DNA of 64,000 nt, taken from the NCBI GenBank assembly GCA_963702425.1, contig CAVPCQ010000009.1:1-64000 (forward strand), written 5' to 3'. The notes beneath the pieces are model-generated. The model searched no databases. It was not told the origin of the DNA and was given only the letters and a program-made list of their open reading frames with translations. How positions within the stretch are numbered: position 1 is the stretch's first letter; each line of letters starts with the position of its first letter. Positions 11,341 to 22,285 of this stretch are shown here, piece after piece. The position numbers were made by a program, and so were the translations under genes. This stretch comes from an uncultured Acidobacteriota bacterium (lineage in GTDB: Bacteria > Acidobacteriota > Polarisedimenticolia > J045).

Positions 11341-11341
11341 C

Positions 11342-12730
11342 TCAGTCTCCCGGGCCGAGGAGCAGGTACTTCTCCTCCTCGACGAAGCCGGCGCCGTCGT
11401 CGACGCGGAACGTGACCGGAAGCTGTCCGCTCCGGAACGCCGCGCGGGCCGCATTGACGAAGACCGTGGTCGTCGCCGACTTGCCGTCGGCCACGGCGAG
11501 CGGGTTATCCGGCGCGATGATCGTCAGCCCCGCCGGCTCGGCGATCGACAGCGCGTAGTTCCGGTCGGCGCCGCTGCGGTTGACGATCTTGATCCGGATC
11601 TGGTTCGCGATCTCCCCGGCCGGCGTCTCGACGAACGGTGCGCCGATCCCGCGCAGCACGGTCACGTCGGCCGCGCCGCGCCGGGCCAGCGCCACCCCCA
11701 GCGCGCCGAAGACCAGCACGAGCAGCACCGGGTAGATGATCACGCGCGGCCGCAGGATCCGGCTGGGCTTCCGGTCGAAGCCGTCGACCGAGCCGTAGCG
11801 GATCAGTCCGCGCGGCCGCCCGATCCGGTCCATGATCCCGTCGCAGGCGTCGATGCACTGGGTGCAGGCGACGCACTCCATCTGCAGCCCCTTCCGGATG
11901 TCGATCCCGGTCGGGCAGGTGATGACGCAGGCCTTGCAGTCGATGCAGTCGCCGTAGCTCGCGCCCGGAGGGTCGGCCTTCCTCGGCCGGCCGCGCGGCT
12001 CGCCGCGTGCCGCGTCGTAACCGATGATCAGCGAGCGCCGGTCGAGCAGCACCGACTGGAACCGCCCGTAGGGGCAGGCGACGAGGCAGGTCTGCTCGCG
12101 GAACCAGGCGAAGTCCAGGAACATCGCGAGCGTCGTCCCGGCCATCACCAGGAAGGCCGTCGGGTGCTGCACCGGCGACTGGCGGACCCAGCGCCAGAGC
12201 GCCTCGACGCCGACGAAGTAGGCCAGGAAGGTGTGGGCCAGGCCCATCGAGAGCAGGAAGAAGACGAACCACTTGGCGACGCGCCGCAGATTCGGGCCCT
12301 CGCGGTCGAGCCGCATCTGCTTGCCGCGGTCGCCTTCGAACAGCCGCTCGATCGGGCGGTAGAGGTACTCCATGTAGACCGTCTGCGGGCAGCCCCAGCC
12401 GCACCAGGCGCGCCCCAGGATCGCGGTCAGCAGGAAGATGAAGATGAAGATGCCGACCAGCAGCAGCATCAGGAACATCGTGTCGGTCGGCAGGAAGGTC
12501 GTCCCGAACAGCGTGAACTGGCGCCTCGTGATGTCGAGCAGGACGAGCGGTTTGCCGTTCATCCGGAGATAGGGGATCACCGTGAAGAGCGCGATCAGAA
12601 CCCAGGCCACGACGAAGCGCGCCTTCCAGAACCGGCCCTTCGCGGGCTTCGGCCGGATCCAGATCCGCTTCCCGTGCGCGTCGAGCGTCGAGAGGACCTG
12701 TTCGCCCGCATCCGGGATCAGCGGGTTCAT
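11342..12730 (-). CDS. ccoG: cytochrome c oxidase accessory protein CcoG
   Basis: GRAWCGWGCPQTVY, CLVACPYGRFQ, CIDCKACVITCPTGIDIR, ECVACTQCIDAC. Confidence 0.96.
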   Translation of the reverse strand: MNPLIPDAGEQVLSTLDAHGKRIWIRPKPAKGRFWKARFVVAWVLIALFTVIPYLRMNGKPLVLLDITRRQFTLFGTTFLPTDTMFLMLLLVGIFIFIFLLTAILGRAWCGWGCPQTVYMEYLYRPIERLFEGDRGKQMRLDREGPNLRRVAKWFVFFLLSMGLAHTFLAYFVGVEALWRWVRQSPVQHPTAFLVMAGTTLAMFLDFAWFREQTCLVACPYGRFQSVLLDRRSLIIGYDAARGEPRGRPRKADPPGASYGDCIDCKACVITCPTGIDIRKGLQMECVACTQCIDACDGIMDRIGRPRGLIRYGSVDGFDRKPSRILRPRVIIYPVLLVLVFGALGVALARRGAADVTVLRGIGAPFVETPAGEIANQIRIKIVNRSGADRNYALSIAEPAGLTIIAPDNPLAVADGKSATTTVFVNAARAAFRSGQLPVTFRVDDGAGFVEEEKYLLLGPGD

Positions 12731-13434
12731 GGGGCCTGCGGTGCCTTGCCCGGCGTAGCCGAAGGCGAAGCCGGGTCCTTCGGCGCGCCCAAGTCGGCCC
12801 CTGCCTTCGGTGCGTTGGCCACGATCTCGGCGTCGGCCTTCGCTTCCAGCGCCTCACGCTGCGCCGCGTCGAACCGGTCGCCCTGTGGCGCCTTGGGGTT
12901 GGGCGGGCTGGTCCCCTTGAGGGTGTCGACGTAGGCCGAGAGCGTCAGGATCTGCGCGATCGGGAGCTGCGTCTTCCACGACAGCATCCCCTTGGCCGGG
13001 ACCCCCTCCATCACCGTGGTGTAGATCTGCGTCGGCAGCGCGCCGTGCAGCCAGAAGTCGTCTGTGAGATTGGGGCCGATGTTCCCCTCGCCGCGCATCC
13101 CGTGGCAGGGGGAGCACTTCGACTGGAACAGCGCCTGCGCCGCCAGCATCTTGTTCTGGTCGGTCTTGAGCCCGTTGAGGGTGACGTTGGTGATCGGCCC
13201 CAGCTCGAGGATCTCCTTCATCTGCATGTCGGAGACGACCAGCATGTTGCGGTTGTACTGCCCCTCGACCGACTCGCCGGCGCCGAGGTGGTAGTAGACC
13301 AGGTAGAACGCGGCGGAGGCGATCGTCAGCCAGAAGAGCACCAGCCACCAGGTCGGCAGCGGGTTGTCGTACTCCTGGATCCCGTCGAAGGCGTGGTGGC
13401 GGAGTTCTTCCTGGGTCGTCAGGTGCTCAGACAT
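12727..13434 (-). CDS. ccoP: cbb3-type cytochrome c oxidase subunit III (monoheme)
   Basis: HAFDGIQEYDNPLPTWW N-terminus, a single CSPCH heme motif, GPNLTD..WLHG. Confidence 0.93.
   Translation of the reverse strand: MSEHLTTQEELRHHAFDGIQEYDNPLPTWWLVLFWLTIASAAFYLVYYHLGAGESVEGQYNRNMLVVSDMQMKEILELGPITNVTLNGLKTDQNKMLAAQALFQSKCSPCHGMRGEGNIGPNLTDDFWLHGALPTQIYTTVMEGVPAKGMLSWKTQLPIAQILTLSAYVDTLKGTSPPNPKAPQGDRFDAAQREALEAKADAEIVANAPKAGADLGAPKDPASPSATPGKAPQAP
12743..12775 (+). repeat. family B palindromic repeat inside the ccoP 3' end
   Basis: GCCTTGCCCGGCGTAGCCGAAGGCGAAGCCGGG; core identical to 59988-60016. Confidence 0.8.
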
Positions 13435-13651
13435 GGCGGGAATCCTCGTGGCGCGCCGTGCGGCTATTGGGCCGCCCGGCGGGCGCGCTGTCGTCATCGA
13501 GAGGAAGTTGACGCATCTCTTCTTGCGCCGCCCGGTTCCGCTTGAGAAAGGTCCAGACGACGATCGCCAGGAAGGCCAGGATCGAGACGATCAGCCCCCA
13601 CTCCGCGAAACCCGTGAGGCCGGAGCCGCTCATCAGGTCGGAGAGGCTCAT
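13427..13651 (-). CDS. ccoQ: cbb3-type cytochrome c oxidase subunit CcoQ
   Basis: MSLSDLMSGSGLTGFAEWGLIVSILAFLAIVVWTF..EMRQLPLDDD; TGATG overlap with the ccoNO stop. Confidence 0.88.
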   Translation of the reverse strand: MSLSDLMSGSGLTGFAEWGLIVSILAFLAIVVWTFLKRNRAAQEEMRQLPLDDDSAPAGRPNSRTARHEDSRHV

Positions 13652-15957
13652 CAGTGCGTTCCCGCGGGGGCGGGTGCGGCGCCGCCGGCCGGCGCCGCGG
13701 TCCCGGGGGCCGCGGCCTGCGCCGGCGCGGCGGGCTCGGCCGGCGTAGCCGCAGGCGGAGCCGGCAGGTTCCTGATGTCGGTCCCCAGCCGCTGCATGTA
13801 GGCCACCAGCGCGATCACCTTCCGATCCTCGAGCCCCTTCGGCCCGCCCTGCGCGACGATCGCCTCGGAGAGCTTCGCCGCCTGCGCGCGGGCCGCGTCG
13901 ATCCCGCCCGCGATGTCGGCCTCGCCGTAGGGGACTCCCAGTGTGCGCATCGCCTTCATGTGGGACGGGATCGAGCCGAAGTCGAGCGGCGACGCCAGCA
14001 GCCACTGGTAGCGCGGCATGATCGACTGCGGCGTCGTGGAGCGCGGGTTCTCGAAGTGGCGGACGTGCCAGAGGTCGGGGTACTTCCCGCCCACCCGCTG
14101 CAGGTCCGGCCCGATCCGGCGCGAGCCCCACTGGAAGGGGTGGTCGTAGACCGACTCGCCCGGCTTGGCGTACTCGCCGTAGCGCAGCACCTCGGCATAG
14201 ATCGGGCGCACCTGCTGGCTGTGGCAGTTGTAGCAGCCCTCGGCCAGGTAGATGTCGCGTCCCGCCAGCTCGAGCGGCGTGAGCGGCTTGACCGAGGCGA
14301 TCGTCGGGACGTTCCCCTTGATCGTGAAGAGCGGCACGATCTCGAACAGCGACGCGGTGATCACCGCGACCGCGACCCAGACCGTGAAGACCAGCGGCAG
14401 CCGCTCCCAGCGGCCGTGCCAGCCGGCGGATGCGAAGCGCTCGAGCTTGTAGGCGAAGTTGGTGACGTGGGCCCCGGTCGAGCGCAGGTAGGACGGGCGC
14501 GGGGCCGGATCGACGTAGTGCCGGACCAGCGCCGGCGCCTCGTAGACCGGGACCTCGAAGCGCGCGGGACCCCGCTTCCAGGTCATCACGCCGTTGACGA
14601 CGCACATGATCGCGCCGACCAGGTAGAGCGTGCCGCCGACGACGCGGACCCAGTACATCGGGATCAGCTTCATCGTGGTCTCGATGAAGTCGGGATAGGC
14701 GAGCTGGCCGGTGTCGGTGAAGGCGCGCCACATCAGCCCCTGGGTCAGGCCGGCGGCATAGATCGCCACGATGTAGAGCAGGATCCCGACGGTCGCGATC
14801 CAGAAGTGGACCTCGGCCCACTTGCGGCTCCACAGCGCGGTCTGGAACAGCCGTGGGAAGAGCCAGTAGAGCATCCCGAAGACCATGAAGCCGACCCAGC
14901 CCAGCGCGCCGGCGTGGACGTGGGCGATCGTCCAGTCGGTGTAGTGCGAGAGCGCGTTGACGCTCTTGATCGAGAGCAGCGGCCCCTCGAAGGTCGACAT
15001 CCCGTAGAAGGTGATCGCGACCACGTAGAACTTCAGGACCGGGTCCTCGGTGACCTTGTTCCAGGCCCCGCGCAGGGTCAGCAGGCCGTTGATCATCCCG
15101 CCCCAGGAGGGCATCCAGAGCATCACCGAGAAGAGCATCCCCAGCGTCGAGGCCCAGGCCGGCAGCGCGGTGTAGTGCAGGTGGTGCGGCCCGGCCCAGA
15201 TATAGATGAAGACCAGCGACCAGAAGTGCAGGATCGACAGCTTGTAGGAGTAGACGGGGCGGTTCGCGGCCTTGGGCAGGAAGTAGTACATCATCCCCAG
15301 GATCGGCGTCGTGAGCAGGAAGCCGACCGCGTTGTGGCCGTACCACCACTGCATGAAGGCGTCCTGCACCCCGGGGTAGATCGAGTAGCTCTTCAGCCAG
15401 CCGGCGGGGACCGCCAGGCTGTTGAAGATGTGCAGCAGCGCGATCGTCACCACCGTCGCGATGTAGAACCAGATCGCGACATAGAGGTGCCGCTCGCGCC
15501 GGACCGCGATCGTGCCGAAGAAGTTGACCGCGAAGATCACCCAGACCAGCGCGATCACGATGTCGATCGGCCATTCCAGCTCGGCGTATTCCTTGCCCGA
15601 CGTGATGCCGGCCAGCAGCGTCACCGCGGCGGAGACGATGATCAGCTGCCAGCCCCAGAAGTGGAGCCGGCCGAGCGTGTCGTTCCACATCCGCGTCCTG
15701 AGCAGGCGCTGCATCGAGTAGTAGACGCCGGCGAAGACCGCGTTCGCGGTGAAGGCGAAGATCACCGCGTTGGTGTGCAGCGGGCGCAGCCGGCCGAACG
15801 ACAGCCACGAGGTGGCGAAGTTGAAGGCCGGGTTGGCCAGCTGCAGCGCGGCGATCACGCCGACCAGCATGCCGACGACGCCCCACAGCATCGTCGCCCA
15901 GGTGAACATCCTGACGATGCCGTCGTCGTAGGAGAAGCGTTCCAACCGTTCGCTCAT
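13651..15957 (-). CDS. ccoN: cbb3-type cytochrome c oxidase fused subunits I/II (CcoNO)
   Basis: FGRLRPLHTNAVIFAF, WWYGHNAVGF, WAGPHHLHY and HVHAGALGW (CcoN), followed in frame by EGCYNCHSQ and WGSRRIGPDL (CcoO). Confidence 0.97.
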   Translation of the reverse strand: MSERLERFSYDDGIVRMFTWATMLWGVVGMLVGVIAALQLANPAFNFATSWLSFGRLRPLHTNAVIFAFTANAVFAGVYYSMQRLLRTRMWNDTLGRLHFWGWQLIIVSAAVTLLAGITSGKEYAELEWPIDIVIALVWVIFAVNFFGTIAVRRERHLYVAIWFYIATVVTIALLHIFNSLAVPAGWLKSYSIYPGVQDAFMQWWYGHNAVGFLLTTPILGMMYYFLPKAANRPVYSYKLSILHFWSLVFIYIWAGPHHLHYTALPAWASTLGMLFSVMLWMPSWGGMINGLLTLRGAWNKVTEDPVLKFYVVAITFYGMSTFEGPLLSIKSVNALSHYTDWTIAHVHAGALGWVGFMVFGMLYWLFPRLFQTALWSRKWAEVHFWIATVGILLYIVAIYAAGLTQGLMWRAFTDTGQLAYPDFIETTMKLIPMYWVRVVGGTLYLVGAIMCVVNGVMTWKRGPARFEVPVYEAPALVRHYVDPAPRPSYLRSTGAHVTNFAYKLERFASAGWHGRWERLPLVFTVWVAVAVITASLFEIVPLFTIKGNVPTIASVKPLTPLELAGRDIYLAEGCYNCHSQQVRPIYAEVLRYGEYAKPGESVYDHPFQWGSRRIGPDLQRVGGKYPDLWHVRHFENPRSTTPQSIMPRYQWLLASPLDFGSIPSHMKAMRTLGVPYGEADIAGGIDAARAQAAKLSEAIVAQGGPKGLEDRKVIALVAYMQRLGTDIRNLPAPPAATPAEPAAPAQAAAPGTAAPAGGAAPAPAGTH
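13740..13764 (+). repeat. family B palindromic repeat (variant) inside the ccoNO 3' end
   Basis: CCGGCGTAGCCGCAGGCGGAGCCGG; 2 mismatches to the family B core. Confidence 0.6.
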
Positions 15958-16409
15958 GAGCTCTCCGTGGTCTTCGTTCCATTCTGCAGGGAGACGGGCC
16001 GGGCCCCGCTGCGCGCCAGCAGGCGCCGCACGGCGGGGCTGGCCAGGGCCAGGCTGCGCGGGATGGCGAGCAGGTCGCAGGCCGCGCTGACGACGACGTC
16101 CTTCGTCGAGGGGAGTTCCAGCTCTTCGAGCGGGGGCACGAGGGCGGGGAGGCCGCCGGACTCGACGCCGGGGAGGGAGGGGCCGGTGCCGCGCGAGCGG
16201 GCGGCCGGGTCCTCGAGCCGCAGCGCACCGCCGAGCAGCACGAACAGGCCGGGCGGGAAGTGGCCCGCGTAGAGCAGGACCTGGCCTTCCGCGCCGGCGA
16301 GCCGGCTCACATCGGGGAGCCGAGACAGCTCGTCCAGCGCCGTGCCGGCTTCGAGCCGGTCGGCACCCGGTGCGCTGCGCGCGCGCGGTCCCCGCGGGGT
16401 GGCTCTCAT
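15954..16409 (-). CDS. hypothetical protein, degenerate cyclic-nucleotide-binding (CAP_ED)-like domain
   Basis: GQVLLYAGHFPPGLFVLLGGALRL resembles the first beta strands of cNMP domains, and VVSAACDLLAIPR resembles the final strands. Its stop overlaps the ccoN ATG (ATGA). Confidence 0.6.
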   Translation of the reverse strand: MRATPRGPRARSAPGADRLEAGTALDELSRLPDVSRLAGAEGQVLLYAGHFPPGLFVLLGGALRLEDPAARSRGTGPSLPGVESGGLPALVPPLEELELPSTKDVVVSAACDLLAIPRSLALASPAVRRLLARSGARPVSLQNGTKTTESS

Positions 16410-16419
16410 CGCGGGCGAA

Positions 16420-16425
16420 AGTCTA
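16420..16425 (-). promoter_or_regulatory. putative sigma70 -10 element of the cco operon promoter
   Basis: TAGACT on the minus strand. It places the transcription start near 16413, about 41.5 bp from the centre of the 16448-16461 FNR-like site. Confidence 0.55.
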
Positions 16426-16447
16426 CCGGGCGGCGGCGCTGCGCCTC

Positions 16448-16461
16448 TTGAGCCGGGTCAG
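16448..16461. promoter_or_regulatory. secondary FNR-like box
   Basis: TTGAG-CCGG-GTCAG compared with the consensus TTGAT-N4-ATCAA; 22 bp from the perfect site. Confidence 0.55.
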
Positions 16462-16469
16462 GTCCCCGC

Positions 16470-16483
16470 TTGATGAAGATCAA
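16470..16483. promoter_or_regulatory. FNR box (perfect consensus)
   Basis: TTGATGAAGATCAA matches TTGAT-N4-ATCAA, in the intergenic region between the cco operon and the divergent Crp/Fnr gene. Confidence 0.9.
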
Positions 16484-16575
16484 GTCCCGGCCTCATCATG
16501 GAGGCCTCCCGCCGCCCCTCTCCCGGATCCCCCGGGGGAGTGGACGCCCGCGCGGGATGGCGGCGCTCGCTCCGG

Positions 16576-17328
16576 ATGCCAAGGAAACCCAAGGGGATGC
16601 GGGCCGGCACCCCGCCGCTGAGGCCGACCGCGTGCCTCGCCTGCGAGGCCCGCGGGACGACGGAATGGTGCGACCTGCCGGAGGACGACGTCCGGCTGCT
16701 CAGTCAGTCCAAGGTGAGCAACGCCTACCGGCCGGGGCAGGTCGTCTTCTACCAGGGGCAGCCCTGTCTCGGCCTGCACTGCATCGAGTCCGGAACGGTT
16801 GCGCTGCGCAAGACGGACGCCCAGGGGGCCTCGGTCATCGCGCGGCTGTTCCACGCCGGCCAGACGCTGGGCTACCTGGCCCACTTCGCACGCCGCCCCT
16901 ACACCGGCACTGCCGAGGCGGTGACGGAGTGCCGGATCTGCTTCATCGACAAGGCGGCGGTGCGAACGATCGTGTCGCGCAACCCGGGGGTCGCGCAGCG
17001 CTTCCTCGGCCGGATCGCCGACAACCTCTCCGAGGCCGAGGACGCGCGGCTCGCCGCCTCGACCCTGCCGCTGCGCTCGCGCCTGGCGGAGCTGCTGGTC
17101 GCGGTCCGCGATCGCTTCGGCGCGGCCGGCGAGGACGGGACGATCACGCTCACGCTGCCGCTCTCGCGCCAGGACATCGCGGCGATGCTCGGCGCGCGGC
17201 CGGAGAGCCTATCGCGCGCGATCCGCGAGCTGTCCGACGCGGGGGTGGCGGTCTTCGACGGCCGCGACGTGACGATCCCCGACCTCGACGCGCTGATCGA
17301 CGAAGCCGAGCAGGCGGGTGGGGGCTGA
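16576..17328 (+). CDS. fnr: Crp/Fnr family transcriptional regulator, FNR-like (Fe-S Cys cluster)
   Basis: N-terminal CLAC-x8-C, a central Cys (ECRICF), cNMP-type domain and HTH LSRQDIAAMLGARPESLSR. Start chosen at ATG 16576; the ORF is open from 16498. Confidence 0.88.
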   Translation: MPRKPKGMRAGTPPLRPTACLACEARGTTEWCDLPEDDVRLLSQSKVSNAYRPGQVVFYQGQPCLGLHCIESGTVALRKTDAQGASVIARLFHAGQTLGYLAHFARRPYTGTAEAVTECRICFIDKAAVRTIVSRNPGVAQRFLGRIADNLSEAEDARLAASTLPLRSRLAELLVAVRDRFGAAGEDGTITLTLPLSRQDIAAMLGARPESLSRAIRELSDAGVAVFDGRDVTIPDLDALIDEAEQAGGG

Positions 17329-17381
17329 CCAGAGCGCGGACGGCGACCGCACGAGTCGGCCGATCGGCCTGAAGATCCGAC

Positions 17382-18410
17382 CTACGGTTGCCGTCCCCGA
17401 TGCGCCGCCCGCCGCAGCCGATCGTTGATCGCGTACCCGAGCCCCTCCTCGGACGGGAAGGTCTCGGCGACGATGGCCTCGAGCCCCGCTTCGTCGAGTT
17501 CGCGCAGCGCCGCAAAAAGGTGCCGCGCGGCCTCGACCGGGTCGGTCCCGAGCACTTCGACGGCCGCTGCACCGACCGGGACGGTTCCGCCGAAGAGCAG
17601 CACGCCGAAGCGCCCGGCAGGCGGCGTGAGCCACGGCCGGGGTTCCAGCAGGACCGGCGTCCGCGGCGCGTAGTGGCTCTCGAGCTGGCCCGGCGCGGTG
17701 ACCGGACCGACCGAACGGCGCTCGCCGAGCGGGCCGTCCAGCGCGCCCTCCAGCTCCTCGCGACCGACCCCTCCCGGCCGCAGCACGGTCGCGCGTCCCG
17801 CCGGATCGATCTCGACCACCGTCGACTCGACCCCCACCTCGCACGGCCCGCCGTCCAGCACGAGGCCGATCCGGTCGCCCAGTTCGGCGGCAACGTCGGC
17901 GGCCCGGGTCGGGCTGATCCGGCCGAAGCGGTTGGCGCTCGGTGCGGCCAGCGGCACGCCGACCGCGGCGATCAGCGCCTGCGCCACGGCGTGGCGCGGC
18001 GCGCGCACGGCGACTGTCGGCAGCCCCGCCGTGACGAGATCGGGAACGCGCGGCGTCTTCGGCAGCACGACCGTCAGCGGTCCGGGCCAGAAGGCGACGA
18101 AGAGCGCGTCGGCAGCGCGGCGCGCGTCGTCCCCCAGCGCCGCGGCGTCGACCAGCCCGAGTGCCGCCAGCGCCGCGACGGACCGCGCGTCGCCCGTCAC
18201 GTGCACGATCAGCGGGTCGAAGCGCGGCCGTTCCTTCACCGCGAAGACCCGCGCCACCGCGCGCTCGTCGAAGCAGCAGGCAGCGAGCCCGTAGACCGTT
18301 TCGGTCGGCATCCCGACCGGCTCGCCGCGCGCCAGCGCCTCGACCGCGAGGCGCAGCGCCTCGGGTGTCGGCGCCAGGATCCGCGCGCGCACGCCGGACT
18401 CGCCGTCCAC
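17382..18410 (-). CDS. tsaC: L-threonylcarbamoyladenylate synthase (Sua5 type)
   Basis: PTETVYGLA, KERPRFDPLIVH, FWPGPLT, AAPSANRFG, GVESTV, APGQLESHYAP (SUA5 domain). Confidence 0.95.
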   Translation of the reverse strand: MDGESGVRARILAPTPEALRLAVEALARGEPVGMPTETVYGLAACCFDERAVARVFAVKERPRFDPLIVHVTGDARSVAALAALGLVDAAALGDDARRAADALFVAFWPGPLTVVLPKTPRVPDLVTAGLPTVAVRAPRHAVAQALIAAVGVPLAAPSANRFGRISPTRAADVAAELGDRIGLVLDGGPCEVGVESTVVEIDPAGRATVLRPGGVGREELEGALDGPLGERRSVGPVTAPGQLESHYAPRTPVLLEPRPWLTPPAGRFGVLLFGGTVPVGAAAVEVLGTDPVEAARHLFAALRELDEAGLEAIVAETFPSEEGLGYAINDRLRRAAHRGRQP

Positions 18411-18421
18411 GATCCCCCCGC

Positions 18422-20299
<1,878 letters not shown>

Positions 20300-20368
20300 C
20301 AGGGCCTCGGGCCGGCGGGCTGCCGCCGGACGGCGATTCTAGACTCGGGGACCGGAAAGGGGACACTC

Positions 20369-21574
20369 GTGAGATTTCTTTACGAGCGCGAGCCGGTCCG
20401 GTGCGAGTGCGAGGCCGAGGTCGTCGAGACCGGCGAGCACGCGGGACGCCCCTTTGCCGTGCTCTCGGACACGATCTTCTACCCCGAGGGGGGCGGGCAG
20501 CCGGCCGACCGCGGGACGCTGGCCGGGATCCCGGTGCTCGACGTCCAGCGCGTCGGGGAGGCGATCCGGCACACGCTCGAGCGGCCGGTCGCTCCCGGCC
20601 CGGCGCGGCTGGTGCTCGACTGGGCGCGGCGCTTCGATCACATGCAGCAGCACACCGGGCAGCACCTGCTGAGCGCACTCGCCGACGATCGCTTCGGCTG
20701 GCGCACGACCGCCTTCCACCTCGGGCCGGTGGTTTCCGACGTCGAGCTCGACGTCGCCGCGCTCGCGGCGGGCCCCCGGCAAGCGCTCGAGGAGGCGGTC
20801 GCGGCCGAGGTCCGCGCGGCGCGGCCGGTCCGGGCCGTGCGCCTCTCGCGCGAGCAGTTCGAGGGGCTCTCATCCGTTCGCACGCGCGGGCTGCCCGAAG
20901 GGCACGCCGGCGACGTGCGGCTGATCGAGATCGACGGGATCGACCTCAACACCTGCGGCGGGACCCACCTCGCGAGCACGGCGGAGATCGAGGCGCTGTC
21001 CCTGCTGGCCGCGGAGCCGATGCGCGGCGGGACGCGCGTTCACTTCGTCGCCGGCGGGCGCGCGCGGCGGCGGCTCGGCGCGCACGAGGAGCGCAACGCG
21101 CGGCTGCGCGGGTTGCTCGGCGCGCCGGAGGAAGAGTTCGCGGCGGCCGTCGGCGCGAAGCTCGAGCAGCTCCGCGCTGCCGAGCGGCGCGTGCGGCATC
21201 TCGAGCAGGAGTTGGCCGAGGCCGCCGCGGCAGCGCTCATCGCGGCCGCGGCGATCACGGGAGAGCCGGTGGCGGCGTCGCACTTCGGCGAGCGGGACGC
21301 GGCGTTCCTCGGCGCGGTGGCGCGCGTGCTGTCGCAGGCGCCCGGCGCGACGGTCGCGCTGCTCACCGCCGGCCCTGAGCCGGCCGGCCCCTTCGTGCTC
21401 GTCGCCGGCACCGGTTTCGCGGGCGACCTGTCGGCTCTGGGCCGGATCGTCGCCGAGGGGCTCGCCGGGCGCGGCGGCGGCAGCGGGCGGATCGTCCAGG
21501 GCAAGGCGGAGCGGCTGGACGCGCGCGACGCGGTCCGGTCGGCGCTGCTGCGAGCACTGGGCGGCGCGCCGTGA
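20369..21574 (+). CDS. alanyl-tRNA editing protein (AlaX-like) with DHHA1 domain
   Basis: TIFYPEGGGQPAD, HMQQHTGQHLLS, CGGTH, GRGGG; GTG start at 20369. Confidence 0.9.
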   Translation: MRFLYEREPVRCECEAEVVETGEHAGRPFAVLSDTIFYPEGGGQPADRGTLAGIPVLDVQRVGEAIRHTLERPVAPGPARLVLDWARRFDHMQQHTGQHLLSALADDRFGWRTTAFHLGPVVSDVELDVAALAAGPRQALEEAVAAEVRAARPVRAVRLSREQFEGLSSVRTRGLPEGHAGDVRLIEIDGIDLNTCGGTHLASTAEIEALSLLAAEPMRGGTRVHFVAGGRARRRLGAHEERNARLRGLLGAPEEEFAAAVGAKLEQLRAAERRVRHLEQELAEAAAAALIAAAAITGEPVAASHFGERDAAFLGAVARVLSQAPGATVALLTAGPEPAGPFVLVAGTGFAGDLSALGRIVAEGLAGRGGGSGRIVQGKAERLDARDAVRSALLRALGGAP

Positions 21575-22278
21575 GCGCGCCGCGGCTGCTGATCGTCGAT
21601 CCCGCGCTCGAAGCACCCGAGGAGCGCGGCGAACAGGCGGTCGCGCGCGACTGGCCCGGCCCGGTCACGGTGCTGCGCCCGGCACTCGAGCCCGTGCACG
21701 GCCCCGGGCCCGGCCAGCCGTGCGACGCGGCGGCGATCGTGATCATGGGCTCGGCGGCCTCGGTGCACGACGCGCCGGACCTCCGGCCGTGGCTGGGGCC
21801 GCTCGCGGCGTGGCTCGATCCGCTGCTCGCGCCGGACGGCCCGCGCGTGCCGCTGCTGGGGATCTGCTTCGGGCACCAGCTGGTCGCGCACCGCGCGGGC
21901 GGTGCGGTCGGCTTCCGGGTCGACCCCGCCGCGCGGCCCTTGCGCGCGATCGTGCCGACGCACCTCTCGGGATGCCGCCTGCTGCCGGGTGAGCAGGCGC
22001 TGACGGTCGTCGCCAGCCACCGCGAGGTCGTGACCCGGCCGCCCCCGGGCTGGCAGGTCGTCGGTCACCGGCCGGACGGGACGCTCGACGCCCTGCAGCA
22101 CCCGCGGCTCCCGTTCTTCGCGGTGCAGTTCCACCCCGAGGCGGGTCCCGGGTTCCTCGCGCGCCGTGGGATCGTCCCGGACGGTGACGCCGCAACCAGC
22201 GCCGCGGCGGCCTTCGCCGACGGCGCCCGGCTGCTCGAGGCCTTTCGCCGTCACGCGCTGGCGGCGCGCTATCCTTAG
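21571..22278 (+). CDS. type 1 glutamine amidotransferase
   Basis: LLGICFGHQL and VQFHPE (Cys-His-Glu triad). Confidence 0.9.
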   Translation: MSAPRLLIVDPALEAPEERGEQAVARDWPGPVTVLRPALEPVHGPGPGQPCDAAAIVIMGSAASVHDAPDLRPWLGPLAAWLDPLLAPDGPRVPLLGICFGHQLVAHRAGGAVGFRVDPAARPLRAIVPTHLSGCRLLPGEQALTVVASHREVVTRPPPGWQVVGHRPDGTLDALQHPRLPFFAVQFHPEAGPGFLARRGIVPDGDAATSAAAAFADGARLLEAFRRHALAARYP

Positions 22279-22285
22279 CGCCGCG

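Noticed and set aside
13651-15957. CcoN-CcoO fusion and monoheme CcoP as a novelty
   Set aside because: This arrangement is already known in several phyla (e.g. Bacteroidota).
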